64,000 bases of DNA from the human T2T-CHM13v2.0 reference genome, Homo sapiens: the NCBI RefSeq assembly GCF_009914755.1, contig NC_060941.1. The stretch is one strand, 5' to 3'. Position numbers and translations under genes: made by a program. The first letter of the stretch is position 1. Every line of letters begins with the position of its first letter. The notes beneath the pieces were generated by a model that was given only the letters and a program-made list of their open reading frames with translations, did not search any database and was not told the origin of the DNA. Of the stretch, positions 14,775-29,548 are shown one piece after another.

Positions 14775-14950
14775 AGTAAATCTTTATAGGCAATTCTGAG
14801 CACCCCCTACCATCTTTTCCCCTTGACAGCAGTTCTTCCCCAGCATCCCTGGGGAGTCCTGTGTGAAACCTCTGACTTAAGGGAATTGTCAAGTATTTCT
14901 GCCCAGAAAAACTAGAGACTGTCAATAGCATTTTAAAAATTATAGACTAG

Positions 14951-15275
14951 GGCCGGGTGAGGTGTCTCACGCCTGTAATCCCAGCACTTTGGGAGGCGGA
15001 GGTGGGCGGATCACCTGAGGTTGGGAGTTCGAGACCAGCCTGACCAACATGGAGAAACCCCGTCTCTACTAAAAATGCAAAATTAGCGGGGCGTGGTGGT
15101 GCATGCCTATAATCCCAGCTACACTGGAGGCTGAGGCAGGAGAATCGCTTGAACCCAGGAGGCAGAGGTTGCAGTGAGCCAAGATTTGCCATTGCACTCC
15201 AGCCTGGGCAACAAGAGCGAAACTCTGTCTCAAAAAATGATAATAATAATAAATTAAATAAATAAATAAATAAAA
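14951..15275 (+). mobile_element. AluSp
   Basis: Sp diagnostics; (TAA)n/(TAAA)n tail. Confidence 0.93.
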
Positions 15276-16212
15276 ATTAAATTCTAATTGCTCTACCTTT
15301 TTGAGCAGCACTTCCAGCTTATCATTTTTGTAATAAATCCCCCTCCCCCCGCCAATTTCTGCCAGTTCTCACAGATCTCTGAGCTTCTTTATTTGGGCTT
15401 ACAAGGAGCCGGGACTATTTGGTACCTTAAGGGTTTAGAGGAATGAAATGACATAAAGTGTGTAAAGAGCTTAGCACAGCACTTGATGTGTAATACATTT
15501 TCAATAAATGTTAGCTATTATTATTTTCTCAGAATTTGTTCTGCTTAGGTAAAATGCAACTGTAAACATTTTTTTTTTAAGCAAAATGGCCTAATAGTGA
15601 AATTGTTGTGTCTATCCCATGGCAATCCCTAAGTTACGACTAATAAAATACAATTTATTTTTTAGTTAAATTCTTCACCAAGGGACTTTTCTTGATTCTT
15701 ATCTCCTGTTATTCTGTTTATTATGGCATCAAAAGTTGCAAAGACCTCCCCTTTAGCCCATGCCAATTCTTCTGAATCATTTTCTATGATAAACTGAATT
15801 CCAGGACTTCACTACCATTAGCTTGATCTACTGAATTAGATCTCTAAAATGAATCTGAAACATCAGCTCCTTCTTCCTTAATTATTCGATATAATTCACA
15901 AATAAGGTACCTGGAGATTCCTCTTCATATTTATCATAAAGAGTACACTTAGTCTTATTCTGCATATATAAGATATTCTTGCTGCCAATAATATAAATAA
16001 AATGATAAGTGTATGTCAGATACCCAATAAATGGTAACCATCACTGTCATGTTGTAATTGTTGACGATACTTTTCGTATTTATTGAGCACCTACAATGTG
16101 CCACTCGACTAAGTGTTTAATACACACAATCTCATTTTAATTTTCCCAACAGTGCTGTGAGATAGATGCCATTAATTCTATTTTATAAATCAGGAAACTA
16201 AAACTCGGAGAC

Positions 16213-16870
16213 TATGTCTGGGTTGTCCAGAAAATAGAGCTCAGAGCCAAGCTTACTTACTAAACTTTATCGCAGGGCGAGACCATAATCCCAGGGAATC
16301 ATAAATAAGGGAAAGGGGGCGTAGAGTAGAGTAGGAAGAGAAGCAGTTTCAAGGTGATGCACAACTGAGCTGGCCACAACATTGCAAGAAAACACAACTG
16401 GTTGCTCCATCTCACAAGATGATGCTGGAGAGGCCATATAGGACATCTACATTGCAAACGGTCCATTGTGGGCTGGGCAGGTGAGAATTTACTGGCTGGT
16501 TTCTTCCAGGCTCCTGTCTTTCATTACGAAAGTTGGCCCTGTAGGGTGGTGACTCTGCAGTTCTCATTTATGTTATCCAGCCTCTCAGGGCAGCCAGTGG
16601 GGAAGCCAGAGCCTCTGTGAGTCAGTTGGGGTGGACCTGGATGCTGATGGTCTGTGGTTCCCTTCAATTCGTGTGCAATAGAGGCCCTGACAAAACCCAG
16701 TTCAGTCTCAGGGGAGCCTCGATGAATCTGCAGAGTTTGGGAATCAGGAGACAGAGATGGTGGCCAGAGTTTTACAACTGCAGGAACAGGCTAAGGGGTA
16801 GGTGGTGTCTTCTGATGGGGAAGCCAAACAAGCGACCAAGAATGAAGGCCATATGGGGCCACCTGGATGT
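16213..16870 (-). mobile_element. Ancient ERVL LTR (LTR16/LTR40-like) interrupting a minus-strand MIR
   Basis: tgtctgggttgtccagaaaatagagctcagagccaag...actttat...atcccaggg start; MIR halves at about 16070-16212 and 16910-16990. Confidence 0.5.
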
Positions 16871-17993
16871 GGGGTGGCACATAAAGAAGTTGAGGACACG
16901 CAGTGTTGTAGGGACCTGCTCAAGGTTACACAGACTGTATATAGCAGAGTTGGCATTCAAACCCAGGCCAGTCTGACTCTAAAACACTTTTATTTTTCAA
17001 TGACCTCAAGATGCCTTCCATTGCTGAGATTTTAAGTAAGCTGGGAAAGGGAGCCATGGTTTTCTGAGCTGTCTGGCTCAGGGCCATGAGTAGATAAATG
17101 CTTACGAAGTAGTCACAGTTGATCGATCAGGTGACAAGAATGCCCATAGGCCTGTGTTGTTCTTTTCTATATCTTAAGAATAGATACTTTCGGAAGGCAT
17201 GATCCATCATGTTTAGAACTCTTCATATGGTCTGCTGTGGCTGTCTTAACTCAACCTGAAGGGTTAGTACCAAACACAGCTGGCGTACGCAGGCAACATA
17301 TGACTGGACAGTGCTCTGCCCTCACCTCGGCCTGCCAGATAGATGTCAAGGGCATCAGCAATGAAATTAAATGGCTCCATTTCCTTGAAGGGTTAGGAGG
17401 AACTTGGATTATTGGTGACAAGACCAATAATCCAAGAAGTGAGGCTCAATAGCTGTGCAAATCTGAGACCTGGGAGCAAGAAGACAATACACCTTTACAG
17501 GTGTGCCTGGCTTTAAGAAAGCCCATCATTTGCCAGGGGCTTCTCAGTTCTTTTGTATTTGTCCTTCCCCCATCTCAGAAGCATGAATGGGCCCCACCTC
17601 CCTCCAGGGCTGTTCCTGCTCTCTACCCCAGCCTTTCTTGGTTCTCTTGGAAAGTGAGTACTCCTTCAATTACTGCCCTGGCATCTCTCTCACCTTCAAT
17701 GTCTTCCTACTTGCCTTGGGGTCCTCTTCTCAGCTTTCAGACATGTTCAGATTTATCCCATTTAAGATGACTTTTGCCCATTTCTCCTCAAGCTACAGCC
17801 CGTTTTTCTGCTTCTCAATTTTCTCAAATGAGCATCTATTGGCTCTTAATCACACACTCGATACTTAACTGTTTCAACACTAGTTTCCCTCTCACCAGTC
17901 TCCCGAAGTGCTTTCTGCAGAGGCCGCTGCAATAAACATCTAATGTTTCTGCCACTCCTCATAGCATGCATTTTCCCTTTTTCTACAGCGAAG

Positions 17994-18258
17994 AAACTGG
18001 AAAACTGACTTGAGGGTAAAGGATGCAAAGGGGTTTCATTGACTTCTAGGTTTCACTATTGACTAGCTGAGTGAAAGTCAAGAGGAGAATCAAGTTTGGG
18101 ATTGAGGGTTGTGGGGAAGATGGCATAGGTGAGATTGAAGGCACACCAGGCCTGAGGCCCCGTGGGGACACTCAAGAGCATGATGTCCAGCACACTGTGA
18201 GGAAAGCAAAGCTGAAATCCCCAGAGGAGGGAGACTCAAAAGAGGATACCACAGGGTG
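17994..18258 (-). repeat. Inverted copy of 19431-19716
   Basis: Reverse complement aligns to 19431-19716, e.g. tttgagtctccctcctctgg and aaccctcaatcccaaacttg; about 30-bp internal deletion. Confidence 0.93.
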
Positions 18259-18299
18259 TTTCTTCCTTCTTCCAGGGAGAAGAAGGGAGAATGCAGACT

Positions 18300-18831
18300 A
18301 TGCCTACTTTCCTACCTCCTTGACTTTGCTTATGCTACTTCCTTTCCCTTTTCCATATTCCAATTCTCCTCCCAGATAACCAGTTCCTTTTTCACTCCCA
18401 ACATATGAGATTTGGTTTGGCTAGGCATGCAACTCCAGGGTGGATAATATGATCTTGACCTGAGCCAGTTAGTGATCTGTGCAGGGATGGGCACATGAGA
18501 CTTTTTCTGAGGCTGCTGAGACAAAGACCATTTCTCTTTGCTGTTGGATTTAAACCTGAGAGAAGAAAGGCCTTGGGCTACTAAGTACCGGTAGGTACTT
18601 AATACCACAAGGAGAGAGAGCTGGGCTGGGCATGAAGCCCACCCAGAGAGGTGGAGCTGAGAACTGGAGAGAACCAAAGTAGGATCCTGGTGACATCATC
18701 TGAATCCCTGAATCATGCCACACCTGATGACATCCCTATTTGCTAGTCTTTTCAATTTAACTCAGTCTTTTAGCTGAAGCCAGCTCACTGGGATTTATGT
18801 TATTTCCAGAAGAAAGAATTCTAGCTGATGC
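18300..18831 (+). mobile_element. MaLR solo LTR (MLT1K-like)
   Basis: cagggatgggcacatgaga...atgaagcccacccagagag...cctgaatcatgccacacctga...aaagaattctagctgatgca. Confidence 0.65.
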
Positions 18832-18919
18832 AGAAATCTAATACAATCATCAGTGACCTCTGAAATACCAAAATCAAGACTCTCTTCTTAGTCTCCTTTC
18901 TGAGTATGACCCAGTGCCT

Positions 18920-19040
18920 AAACTTGGAAACTGATCTGGGGGTAAAGGATGCAAAGAGGTTGCAATGACTTCAAGGTTTCAGGATTCAAGGACTGACAGC
19001 AAAGAGATGCCACTAGCAGAGGAGTGAAAGTCAAGAGGGG
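18920..19040 (-). repeat. Second inverted copy of 19606-19716 (also a direct copy of 17994-18085)
   Basis: ggaaactgatctggg...gttgcaatgacttc..ggtttca...gagtgaaagtcaagagg. Confidence 0.9.
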
Positions 19041-19259
19041 AAGGATCAAAACCCAAACCACAGGTTTACAACCCAGTTCCCATACTTGTTACTTTTATGC
19101 CCTTACACATTGCTCTAGGCCTCAGTTTCCTCATCTGTAAATGGGGCTGCTGTGGGAAGTGTATGTGGCAGGCTTTGAGGAAATGGCAGTAGTTCTTTGG
19201 ATGCTATTGGCAGACACTGGTGAGTGGTGGTGTGGGTGGTCCTGAAGACATCATCTCTC

Positions 19260-19960
19260 TACCATATTGAACAAGCCCACTACTGACCCACACTTGCTCC
19301 CTTCCATGTCCCCTCACCTGATTCCCCTTGACTTGGGCTGTTTGCATCGCTCCTCCTGCCTTTCTAATCACATATTCTCCAGTTCTTCTTCCTCCCCACA
19401 AATGTTGGTATTTTCCAAAGTTCTGGCCTGCACTCTGCTGTATCCTATTTTGAGTCTCCCTCCTCTGGAGATTTCAATTTTGCTTTCCCTACAATGTGCC
19501 AGACATCATGCTCTTCTTGGGTGTCCCAACAGGGCCTCAGGCCTCACGTGCCTTAAATCTCCCCAGCGCCATCTTCCCCAGAACCCTCAATCCCAAACTT
19601 GCTTCTCCTCTTGACTTTCACTCTGCTAGAGGTTTCTCTTTTCTCAGTCCCTGAGGCTTGAAACCTGGAAGTCATTGCAACCCCTTCACATTCTTTGCAC
19701 CCAGATCAGTTTCCAGGTCCATCATCTTCTATTCTCTCTCTTTATATTTCTCAACACCATACCCATTCTCTTCCCCTTGCTACCACTCTTGTTCCTGCTT
19801 TCCTTGCAATAACCTACTGAATAGTTCCTGAATGGTCTTCCACACTCCGGTTTCTTCTTCTTTAATCTATTCTCATGAATGAGTCTTTTTAATGAAAATC
19901 TTATAATAAACCTCATTTCCCCAGAAACTTTCATGATTACCTTGACTTTTGAATAAAATA
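19260..19960 (+). mobile_element. L2 fragment (donor of the inverted copies)
   Basis: Pyrimidine-rich L2 ORF2-end motifs such as gaaacctggaagtcatt and aatagttcctgaatggtcttcc. Confidence 0.65.
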
Positions 19961-20107
19961 AATATAATTCAACAAACATTAATTATAGCACCTCCTCTGT
20001 GTCAGACACTGTGTTAGGCATTGTGAGGAAGACAAAATTAAAATGAATATTATATTTCTAGGGCCTTATGATCCAGTAGTTTAGCTTACCAGACCATAAA
20101 GCCCGGT

Positions 20108-20139
<32 letters not shown>

Positions 20140-20275
20140 ATGTGCACACACACACACACACACACACACAGGTACTGAATAACGTGAACTCTCATTCATT
20201 CCACACACACGTGCATGTGCACACACACACACACACACACACAGGTACTGAATAACGTGAACTCTCATTCATTCC
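20108..20275. repeat. Compound (CA)n microsatellite with a tandem 73-75-bp duplication
   Basis: Unit cacacacacgtgcatgtgc(ac)n-aggtactgaataacgtgaactctcattcattcc twice, identical except for one CA. Confidence 0.97.
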
Positions 20276-21590
20276 CAATCTGCCTTCCCAATATTATTTT
20301 TGCTTTCCTGTGCCTTGTGCTTAAGTAAGGATGGACGACATCCTTTTCCATGATTTCCTACCTCCTTGACTTTACTTATGATGTTTCCTTTTCCAGGAAA
20401 ATCCTTCTCTCCAACTCTGCTTGGCCAAATCTTGTTTATCCTTTGTTGTCTTTTTCAAATGAAACCCTCCCATAAATCTTTTGCTGATTATCTTGTTAAT
20501 GTAATCTTTTTCTCCTCTGATCTCCCAAAGCACCTTATATGAATCTCCACCTGGCACTTTCCACTTTTAAAAAAAGTTAGCTTTGTAACTTGTCTGCCCA
20601 ATAAAATTGTAAAGTCTCTTATTGTTTTATTTATCCTTGCATCCCCAACAACTAAGACAGTGATTATTGATTACAGCTAAGTATGCATTTACCTGTATGA
20701 AGCAATGCATCACTCAGGGCTAGCTTTTTGTACTAAAAAGGATTCTTTGCCTGAAAAGTTAAAAAAATATTTCCAGCAGTTTCTTTTAAACACATTCTTC
20801 AGGTTCATTTTAACTTGGTTATGAATTATCAACCACCACCCTGGAAAAGATCTGTGGGTTGGGAGAAATTAAAGAAATAACAAAAAAGTAGAATTATAAG
20901 AAACTACTGCCCATTAATAATTTTCTAGAAAGGAAAAGAGGGTAGACCTTCACTGATCATGGAAGCTGTTAAGGAAACAGGATTCTAGTTTTTAGAAATG
21001 AGATTAAGACATAGCATTTACTTTACAAAACCTGTATTAGAAGTAAGGGCTTGATCTGGAGAAGCTGGCATCACAGGCATGTAAACTCTCAATGCTACTG
21101 TACACGAGTCATGCATGCGGAAGAAACTTTGGTCTTCATGGATTTCCCAAAGGGTCTCAGGACACTGGTGCTGAGTTAGCCTAGGAGTCCTGGCTGCCAA
21201 CAAGAGTGGGTCTCAGGGTCGTGATGGGCAGTCTATCTCTCCTGCTTTGTGATGACCTGGGGTGAAGGATTGGGGGGTGTGCCATGATCCCCACCTGCCC
21301 CACCAGAGTTCCTGAGCAGGGCTGGGCTGGAGACTGGCTATCTAGCTCCCTGGGCAATGCTAGTGCAGGCGATGGAAGAGAAAGAAAGAACAGGCCATTT
21401 CAGACCTTCTGCCAGGACCCTGGGTTCCTTCCAGGGTTACAAACAAGGTGCAGATTTGGATCTGGGTGGTCCTGGAAAGGTGTCTGCCTGGCCTATGATT
21501 TTTCCAAGATCAGGATTCCTGTCTGAGTCCAGTCGCTGATGAGCCCAAAAACCCTATTGCTGTTCACCACACATGAAAACCTTTATTCTG

Positions 21591-22991
21591 CAGAAAAGGG
21601 AACCCAGAAATAAAGCCATGCATCTACAATCATCTGATCTTTGACAAAGTCAACACAAAGAAGCAACGGGGAAAGGACCTTTTATTCAATAAATAGTGCT
21701 GGGATAACTGTCTAGCTATATGCAGAAGAATGAAACTGGATTCATACCCTTTACCATATACAAAAATTAACTCAAGATGGATTAAAGATGTAAATGTAAG
21801 ACCTCAAGCTATATAAAAAAAATCCTAGAAGAAAACCTAGGAAATACCATTCTGGAAATTGCCTTTGGCAAATAATTTATGACAAAGTCTTCAAAAGCAA
21901 TTGCAACAAAAGCAAAAATTGACAAGTGGGACCTAATTAAACTAAATCGCTCTGCACAGCAAAATAAACTATAAACCGAGTAAATAGACAACTTACAGAA
22001 TGAGAGAAAATGCTCACAAATTATGCATCCAGCAAAGGCCTAATATCCAGAATCTGTAAGAAACTTAAATAATTCAACAAGAAAATAACAAATAACCCCA
22101 TTAAAAAGCGGGCAAAGGAAATGCACAGGCACTTCTCAAAAGAAGACAAACAAGTGGCCAACAAACATGAAAAAACGCTCCACATCACTAACCATCAGAG
22201 AGATGCAAATCAAAACCACAATGAGATACCATCTCACACGAGTCAGAAAGGCTATAATTAAAAAGTCAAAAAACAACAGATGCTGGTGAAGCTGCAGAGA
22301 AAAGGGAACACTTATACACTGCTGGTGGGAATATAAATTCGTTCAGCCACTGTGGCAAGCAGTTTGGAGATGTCTCAAAGAACTACCATTCGATCCAGCA
22401 ATTTCGTTACTGGGTATATATCCAAATGAAAATAAACAGTTATTATATCAGAATCTTGTGGAGGGAAAAATTAAAAAAAATAAATTGTCCTACCAAAAAG
22501 ACACATGCACTTGTATGTTCACTGCAGCACTATTCATAATAGCAAAGTCATGGAATCAACCTAGGTGCCAATCAAAGATGGACTAGATAAAGAAAATGTG
22601 GTATATATACACCATGGAATACTACATAGCCATAGAAAAGAATGGAGTCATGTCCTTTGCAGCAACATGGATGCAGGTGGAGGCCATTATCCGAAGTGAA
22701 TTAATGTAGGAACAGAAAACCAAATACCACAGGTTCTCACTTATATGGGGAGGTAAACATTGGGTACATATGGATACAAAGGTGGGAACAATAGACAGTG
22801 GGGACTACCAGAGAAGGGAGACAGGGAGGGGGACAAAGGGTGAAAAATGACCTATCGGGTACTATGCTCACTACCTGGGTGATGAGATCATTTGTACCCC
22901 AGACTTCAGCGTCATGCAATATGCTCATCTAACAAACCTGCACATGTACCCCCTGAATCTAAAATCAAAGTTGAAATTATATATTTTTTTA
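21591..22991 (+). mobile_element. 5'-truncated L1 (L1PA16/17-like): decayed ORF2 end plus 3' UTR
   Basis: ctgatctttgacaaag...aatgagataccatctcacac...aacaaacctgcacatgtacccc; 15-bp TSD aaaaccttt(a/g)ttctg at 21576-21590 and 22992-23006. Confidence 0.95.
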
Positions 22992-23399
22992 AAAACCTTT
23001 GTTCTGGGCCAAAGTGGTCTTATTAGAGGCGTTGTGGTCGCCCTGATGCAAACCATTAAGCCACTCAGGGCTGTCCAGGGCCTCCAGGAGCCCCCACCAC
23101 ACAACATCATCCCCAGACACTTGTTTCACCTTGCATGTTTCCAGGGACCCTGAGGGACCCTCATCATCAGCTTTTGTCCTAGCCCTAGAAGTCCAGTCTT
23201 CAACAGAGGACTGTGTCCATAACTCATAAAGTTTATGGGAGGATTCAGGGAACCAATACATAGAAAGCTGTTATAGTAGTGCCTTATTTAATGTGAGCCC
23301 TTAATAAATGTTAGCTAATGTCACTGTGCACTTATTATTTTTTGTTGTGTCTCACGTTCGCTGTGTCATGAAATTAAATGACCCTCCCCACAGAGGGTT

Positions 23400-23625
23400 G
23401 AGGAGTATAATGGTTGATAGCATGAAGTCAGAGAGACCTGAGTTTGAGTCTAGACTCTTCACTTACTAGCTGTATGACTTGGGGCATGTTTCTTAACTTC
23501 TCTTAGCCTCACCTATAAAACCAGTGTAATGATGTCTACTTTGATGTGTTGATGTGAAGAGTAAATAAAATAATGCAAGCAGAGGTCCTACCATGATACC
23601 TGTTATTTACTGAATGATTAAACAG
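23400..23625 (+). mobile_element. MIR
   Basis: agtcagagagacctgagtttgagt...cacttactagctgtatgacttgggg. Confidence 0.8.
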
Positions 23626-24533
23626 TATGGAAAACATATAACTTGTAATCATTGTTTTTAGTAGTATTTCTGCAGGATATGCAATTTGGTTAGGGGATGG
23701 GATCATGCATGAGGAATGCCAAAACAGTGTAACAGACCATATATTTCCAAGGAGCTTCAAGGCAAGGGGAGCTGGGACATGGGACAGAAGGCAAGTGAGG
23801 CGTCCTGGAGGGATGGTGGGGCAGGACTGGGGCAGAGGAGTAGAGAGGTAGGTGGGGTGCACGTGGAGAATTCCATAGAGAGGTTCTGTGCTGGTTAATT
23901 TTGGAAAACACTCCAGTATTTAAGAAGGGAAAAAGATGAAGATAATTGTCTTAAAGATCCTTGTGCAAAATGGACTCTGGAATTTAGATGGGGAGTTACG
24001 ACCACAGTGCATTCAGTCCTGATGACCTGGCATACATCTCTGACAAGGTGGGAAGTCTGCAAGATAAATGGCTCAAACTAAGCTCATTATGGGGAATTTT
24101 CCCAGGAGAAGGAGGAGTGAATATTATCAAATGGGCTTTGCCTCCCTCTCTCTTGAAGCAGCCCCTCCCTACCTCCAACCAACCAAGAGCAATGCTGAAA
24201 ATGATTAACAATGGAATTGGTGCTTGGGGTTTGCCCATAGCAGCTGACGGGCCTGGGAACATTCTCAGGCATGCACCCCTCATTGGTCCAGGGCCACTTT
24301 GCACTGTCAAAGTCTCTCATCTCACAGGTGAGGAAACTGAGACCAAGTCGGGCAGGAATTTGGCAATGTGACAGAGCAAAGTGTTAACACTTTGCTGACT
24401 TCTCCAGTTCCCATTATGACTTGGTGATTAAGACCAGTATTGAATCCTTGCTCGGCTGCTTGTTAGTGGTGGAGTCAGAGACAAGTTCAATACATTCTCT
24501 GTCCCATCATTTTCTCATTTGTAAGGTGAGGAC

Positions 24534-24593
24534 TCCCTCCCTCCTTCCTTCCCTCCCTCCCTCCTTCCTTCCTTCCTTCCTTTTCTTTTCTTT
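24534..24593. repeat. (CCCT)n/(CCTT)n polypyrimidine simple repeat
   Basis: Read directly. Confidence 0.9.
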
Positions 24594-24595
24594 GT

Positions 24596-24690
24596 AGGAT
24601 AACCAACTTATTTCTACAAACCCAGACCTCTCACTGGTTTCAGACTGAAAGTCCAGCATTTCAGAAAAACCCTTGCCCCCTGGCAAATCC
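24596..24690. mobile_element. hAT-Blackjack MITE fragment (MER94-like)
   Basis: aggataaccaact...ggtttcagactgaaagtcc. Confidence 0.5.
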
Positions 24691-27600
24691 TATTTGTTCA
24701 AAAATACCGCCTCACTTTGTTCTAGGTGCTACAGATACAGCAGTCACTCAGACAGAGAAGATCCCTGTTCTCAAGGAGCGAACGTTCTAATTCTATAAGG
24801 TGGAGAGAGACATGGATATGTTGATGAATCAGTAAAATAATGAACATTCTACAAATGTGAACTATGTATCAGGCTCTATACTATATGTTTTACACATATA
24901 ATATCATTATATTTATAAACAATTCTAGGAGATAGATAGCAATACTAACCCCACCCCATTTTCCACTGTGAAAACTGAGGATTTGTTCTATTAACAAACT
25001 TTCCTACTGCTGGTCAAAGGCAAAGCATCTAAACCCCAGAGTTCCAACACACATGTTCTCAACCTTGATATGCCACCATCTCACGAATGGCAAGTGTAAG
25101 AATTAGACAGGGTGAGGATCATGTTGATTTTTCCTATCTCAGCTGGCTGGGGATCTCTTGTCCTACCCACTAGGCTGCGTGGCAGATGCTGTGAAGGGTC
25201 CTCTAGAGCGCATTTGCTCCAGCTCCAAGCACCAGTGCAGATGCTGGAGCCCTTCTTTGCAATGTCACTTCTATCCTAGAGAGGTTTAGTGGGGAAGCCT
25301 GATGACCACAGCAGCTTACCCAGCAAACAGGAAAGCAAGAGCACATGGAACCTGCGGGATTCCTGGAGCTCGGGAGTTCTTTGGCTTTGAGTGGCTTTCT
25401 GCCAAGAACGTCTACCAGCAGAAGATGGAAAATGGGTGATGCCCTAGTGCTGGCCAGAGTTCTGTGCCAAAAGAGAAAATGAGGCCATTCCTCTCAGACC
25501 TTCAGGGCTCCTGGCAGATGACAGGCTGATGAACAAGTACTGCCTGAGCTTGAGAAATATTTGCCGTTCTCAAGGCTGACTGTTCTGTCCATCTACCCAA
25601 CCACATTTATAAGAAACTTATGAACTAATATTGTTGGAAGAAACTTTATTCATCACCCAGTCCAAGGGTCTCATTTTACAGATGGAAATAAAATGACTTC
25701 TCAGGGTCATACAGGTTACCAAGGAAGAGACCACAAGGAAGAAACAGGTTACCAAGTCTGGGCCACAAATTGCTGAACTCAGAATGCACAGCAGTTCTGC
25801 AAAATGCACTGCTTCTCCTTGTGGCTGGACCTTACAATTATTTATAGGGAAAATGATTTCTCTCTTATACACTTTCCATGTTTATAGAAGGAGGCTGTGG
25901 GGCCGGGGAGTGGGGCTCAGGGTTCAGGGATCACTGGCTAATAATGTCAGTTGGAAAGGGAACTCTGGAAAGTGTTTGATATGTCAAACAGGTGTAAAAA
26001 TGCTCTTAAGCCACCAATGAGGTGTGAGTTAGGGCAGAAAGAAGATAGTAGAGTATGAGAGGGGAGGAGGGGCGTCCTGAGTTCTCAGCCCATGCTAGAC
26101 TACAGGGAGTTTGAGTCTTAGACTCCTGCTTCACCATTGACTCCATTCCCTACCTCATGCCCACCCAGCAACTACATGGCAGAAGATACAGGGAAGAGAG
26201 CCCCGGACTCACAGGCAGAATGGGCCAGGTTCAGATCTCAGCTTCACTGCCACCAGCTGTGTGATCTTCAGCAGGTCTGAATCCCTGGCCCCTGCTCCCA
26301 TCCCTCTCTTTATTTCTGTTTCCTCATCTGCTGAAACATCTAAGTTTCAGGTTTATGGGGCAGGTCAGAGAGCAAGTCTACAAAATGCTTATCACATGGC
26401 CTGGCCAAGAAAGCCCCTAATAAATGGCATTTGTCACCACTGTTGGTGGGAACCTCACAATACCTGACTCTCCTGCACTGCGCTGTGAGGAACAGCCCAG
26501 CGTGCTCCTCCTGGGGTTCTCCCCAACCCTGGAGTGAGGCTTGCAGAGCGGGCTTGCAAAGCAGCCACACCCATTTGCTCTGCTGGCTTAAGCAGGAGCC
26601 AGAGTCTGCTCTCCAGGGGCTCAGGATGGTGTCTGAAACAGAACACATGGAGTCCGCCAGGTGTGGCAGTAACTACATTGACAAAACTCTCAGCACTACA
26701 AAGTGGATAAATTAGAGGGCAGAGAAAATGCATTCATGCTAGGAAAGCATTCGCCATACACTTCCTTTAACTGGGAGCCTCTCTAGAGAACTTAAAGTCA
26801 AATTTCCACCTCCCAAAATTCTATTTCCCCGTAGATATCTAGGAACTTGCCTAGTGTGAAGTGGATAACTGTGGAGACGCTGTCATCTTTCCCTTCATCC
26901 CATTTTCTCCCTTTCCTATGGGAATTTTTGATTTAATCCGGGCATTGTGGACAGCAGAGAGAGGATGCAAGTGCTGGTTGGCCATATGTGCTTGGACAAA
27001 GCTGCCTGCTGTCTCGGGCTGTTCAATTCACTGCTGCTGTGGCCTTGGGCCAGTGAGCACCCTGTCATTCTAAGTTACCCTCAACTGGAACCCAGACTCT
27101 GCAGAGGTGTGGTGGGCAGTGAAGGAAGAAGAGCAAGCTTCGTGATGACCATGCAGACACATGCCATGACAGTCACTTCTTGTTTAGTGCCTCCTGACCC
27201 CTACACTTCAGGCAGTCAGAGGTCAGAGATCCATCATGCCCACCTCCCAGCTTACTGTCTCTATACTCAGCTGAGCAGAAGAACTCAGGGCCAGTGTACC
27301 CAGGGCTGGGCTTCCTGCCTTCCCTGCTTCTCTGGCCACCATGCTGCAGGGTTGATGCCTCAGGCCTTTCCAGTGCATGGGCAGAGAAAGGGTTGAAGGC
27401 AGCAGATCTGGATTCAAGTCCAGCTATGTGACCTTTGCCTGGTTCCTTAACCCTTCCAATGCTCATTTCTCATCTGTAAGAGGGAGGTGGTCATATCTCC
27501 ATACCAACTTGCACAAGGGTTGAATGAGGAGAAGAATATAAGCGCAAAATGCACTGAAGGCACCCCATGCATGACACTTCTCGTCCTCCCCTCCAGGGAA

Positions 27601-28547
27601 GGCCAATGGTAACCCAGAAATCACTGGACCATAGCATTCAAATGACCATTGAGTCCCTGCTTCTGGTGTACAGAACAAAGGAGAAGGCCACATAGAGCTT
27701 CTTTCTTCCAAGACTGCAGAATGGGGATTAGACCTCTCAGGGGAGTGTGGTGCAAGTCACAATAGCTCTCTTCTCCCGATAACTGTGGCCATGTGGCCTC
27801 GTCTGCTGCCCAGTGTGACCTCAGCCTCAAAGCCCCACTCCTACCTTAGAAAGGTTGGGTTGAGGATCCCCCACTCCACATTCTGGGATTGGGCACCACG
27901 TTCCCCTCATGGCTGGGGCAGCTCTGCTTCCATGGCCCAGGTTCTTCTAAATCCAATTCTGGGTGTCTACTTTCCAAATCCTCCCAGACTGGGGTTCAGT
28001 TTTGACTTGCCCTGGCCATTCTTGTGCCCATGGTATGGAGGCTGCAATCCATTGACAGCACTGTCACTCCCCTTTTCCACCCTGCTCTACCCAAGGCTGC
28101 GTGGGTGGCCACTGGATTTCACAATACTTCTTTGGCCAGTGGAAGATCTGAGCTATAGCAATATTTAAAAGATCTTAAGAAGTCACAAAATGTGTATGTG
28201 CCCCGCAATGACAAGACTTTTTTTAGATGCAGAAGGCTCTAACTCTAATAAATTATTATCCAAATACAGGAAATAATCACTGTTAACATTAGTAGATCTC
28301 TTGCAGTGATGTTTTGGGAGCCCCATAGACTATCATCGAAGTCAGGGGGTTCTTGAACTCGGTTAGGTGGTTGAGTACCTGAAAGTTTGTGTCCTCTTTA
28401 CAGAAGCAAAAATACTGTTATTTAATTCAATTGAGAGGTCTAAAAATACAAATGTAGGTCACCCTATTTTTATGTTTTGAGCACTGTACTAAGTGCTTTA
28501 TATGGAGTAGTTCACTTAATCCTCACAAAAACCTTGCGGAAGTATTA

Positions 28548-29538
<991 letters not shown>

Positions 29539-29548
29539 TGTGATCACT

